Below, piece by piece: positions 62,280 through 64,000 of a stretch of DNA of 64,000 nucleotides. The stretch is from Chiloscyllium plagiosum (lineage: Eukaryota): assembly GCF_004010195.1 (NCBI RefSeq), contig NC_057719.1, positions 7,297,932 to 7,361,931 of the forward strand, given 5' to 3'. The notes under the pieces were generated by a model that ran no database searches, was not told the DNA's origin, and worked only from the letters and a program-made list of their open reading frames with translations. The first letter of the stretch is position 1. Each line of letters begins with the position of its first letter. The position numbers and the translations under genes are program-made.

Positions 62280-63725
62280 GTGGTGGAAAATTTATTTTGT
62301 GTGTGCAGCATTCATCTAAGCCAATACTGCTGAACTGATTTTGCATGGGAGACTTTTCTTCAGTAATTGGAACCAAGTGGACCTCATTAACTACTAGGTT
62401 CTTGATTGGGGTTTTTAACCCAGGCCAATCAGGAAAGCCTTGGCTGACCAATGCATAACAGTTTCTGCACTCGTTGATTATTCATTGTGTACTACACTGA
62501 CACACACATGATGTGGGTGCTGGGGGAAAATAAGAACTGCCACTGTTTGGCGGTAGTTTGGGGGTTTATAAAAAGAAAAAATATATATAAATAAGGGATT
62601 CAGAATCTCCTCAGTTCATAGGACCGACTAAAAAAAGGAAAAATATATATAAACAGAAGCTTTAGAATCCTCTCAGTTCATGGGACTGACTCCAAGCAGG
62701 CTGGCCACAGCCAGTATACTGTAGGGAAAAGTTGTTTTTTGCCTTCCTTTTTTGTGTTTTTGTTTTGTCCTATTTCTCAGAGCTGTGTTCAGCTGCACCT
62801 ATCATCAACTAGGCAAAAGTGAGGACTGCAGATACTGGAAATCAGAGTCTACATTAGAGTGGTACTGGAAAAGCACAGCAGGTCAGGCAGCATCTGAGGA
62901 GCAGGAAACGACGTTTCAGGCAAAAGCCCTTCATCAGCCCTTCATCTGCACCTATCATCAACACTACTACTGCTGCTGCTGCCTGATCCTACAAAAAAAT
63001 ATAACCAGGGGATTAGAATCTACTCAGTCATGGACTAAGTCTGAGCTGGCTGGCCACAGTCAGTGTGCTGATGTACTAATGAAAGGTGACGGGGCCCTGC
63101 CTCTGTGCCATTATTTCAGCTTGTAGGCCTCAGATCGGGCCACTGTGTATGTGGGCCAACAGTGCTGTATGTAGGCCAGACATGTTCCATGTGCAGGCCG
63201 AAGATGTCCCATGTGTGCGGGCCGAAGATGTTCTGTGTGTATGGATCACAGATGTTCTGTATGTAGGCTGCAGATGTAAAGTGTGCATAGACCAAAAATG
63301 CTCTGTGTAGGTAGAAAATGCTCCATGTGAAAGAAAAAACAAACAGGAGATTAGAATCTCCTCAGTTGAGGACTAATCCTAAACTGTGTACTGTGCATTA
63401 ATAAACAAAGGATGATTTGATGACGGGATATCAGCTTCTGTGCAGTTATTTCAGTGGTGACGGGAGAACACAGGACATGCCTAAAGAACTTTCGCTTGCA
63501 ACTGTCATCTTGGAGTTCGGGTAGGCATTTCTGGCATCATGCCTTTATTTGGGAAGCTTGACTCATTTGACTCTGCTGTCAAAGTCTGGCCCCAGCATAT
63601 GGAAACTATGCAATACTTTTTCAGGGCAAATGACATTGGGGCAGATGAAAAGCAATGAGTAATCCTTTTGACTGCGTGTGGGTCTGCAGCATTTTTGGTA
63701 ATAAGGGGCTTAACTTTCCTAGAGG
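62280..63725 (+). mobile_element. Ty3/gypsy LTR (left boundary uncertain), PBS and gag 5' fragment
   Basis: AATAAA at ~63400, LTR end ..TTATTTCA at 63453, PBS-like TGGTGACG at 63455, then ATG at 63539: MPLFGKLDSFD..WPQHMETMQYFFRANDI..KQ*VILLTACG, typical of a gypsy Gag N-terminus. Confidence 0.72.
62810..62945 (-). mobile_element. 136-bp Penelope family B mini-insert with 17-bp TSD; hammerhead core at ~62910-62937
   Basis: Perfect TSD CTGCACCTATCATCAAC at 62793-62809 and 62946-62962; CTGATGA-A-GGGC-TTTT-GCCT-GAAA-CG-TC on minus. Confidence 0.9.
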
Positions 63726-63885
63726 CAATAGTCCCAGTCTATTCTCTCTGTAGCTCAAATGCTCCAACCATGTCAACATCCTTGTAAATCTCTTCTGAAC
63801 CCTTTCAAGTTTCACATCATTCTTTCAGCAGGGAGACCTGAATTGAATGCAGTGTTCCAAAAGTGACCTTACCAATGTCCTGCAG
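63725..63885 (-). mobile_element. CR1 fragment truncating the gypsy gag
   Basis: KLERVQKRFTRML..LSYRE. Confidence 0.85.
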
Positions 63886-64000
63886 GTATAGTAAGGAATT
63901 AGGAAAGCTCATAAAATACTATCCTTTATTACAAGATGAGTAAATCAAATTGGCTGAGGACTGGTATATGTGACGTTGGGGACCTCAAAGAAGCTAAGGT

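Noticed and set aside
63120..63330. CRISPR-like spaced repeats
   Set aside because: Degenerate tandem units with no unique spacers, no cas genes, and a eukaryotic LTR context.

Overview
Eukaryotic, repeat-saturated sequence with three N gaps. The repeat content (HE1/V-SINEs, shark-type CR1 and Penelope families) points to a cartilaginous fish, probably a shark; this is an inference. I could not identify a host protein-coding gene, and almost all ORFs in the track are transposon fragments, antisense frames or gap artefacts. The window holds many CR1 LINE copies of different ages, Rex1/Babar and RTE LINE fragments, four HE1/V-SINEs, a TA-targeted MITE, a Harbinger transposase remnant and two LTR retrotransposons. 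A full-length decayed L1 (23549-35979, ~16-bp target-site duplication) hosts a CR1 and a Gmr1-type Ty3/gypsy element with integrase upstream of RT. The strongest structural signal is a set of about 12 minimal type-I hammerhead-ribozyme motifs in at least four Penelope-like families. They share the catalytic core, have covarying stem II sequences, carry one extra nucleotide after A9 and have a palindromic helix III. The ends or inversion points of many short Penelope inserts fall at the hammerhead. Hammerheads in Penelope elements are known in general, so any novelty lies in these variants and the insertion pattern. Repeat boundaries were read by eye and are approximate unless a TSD is given.
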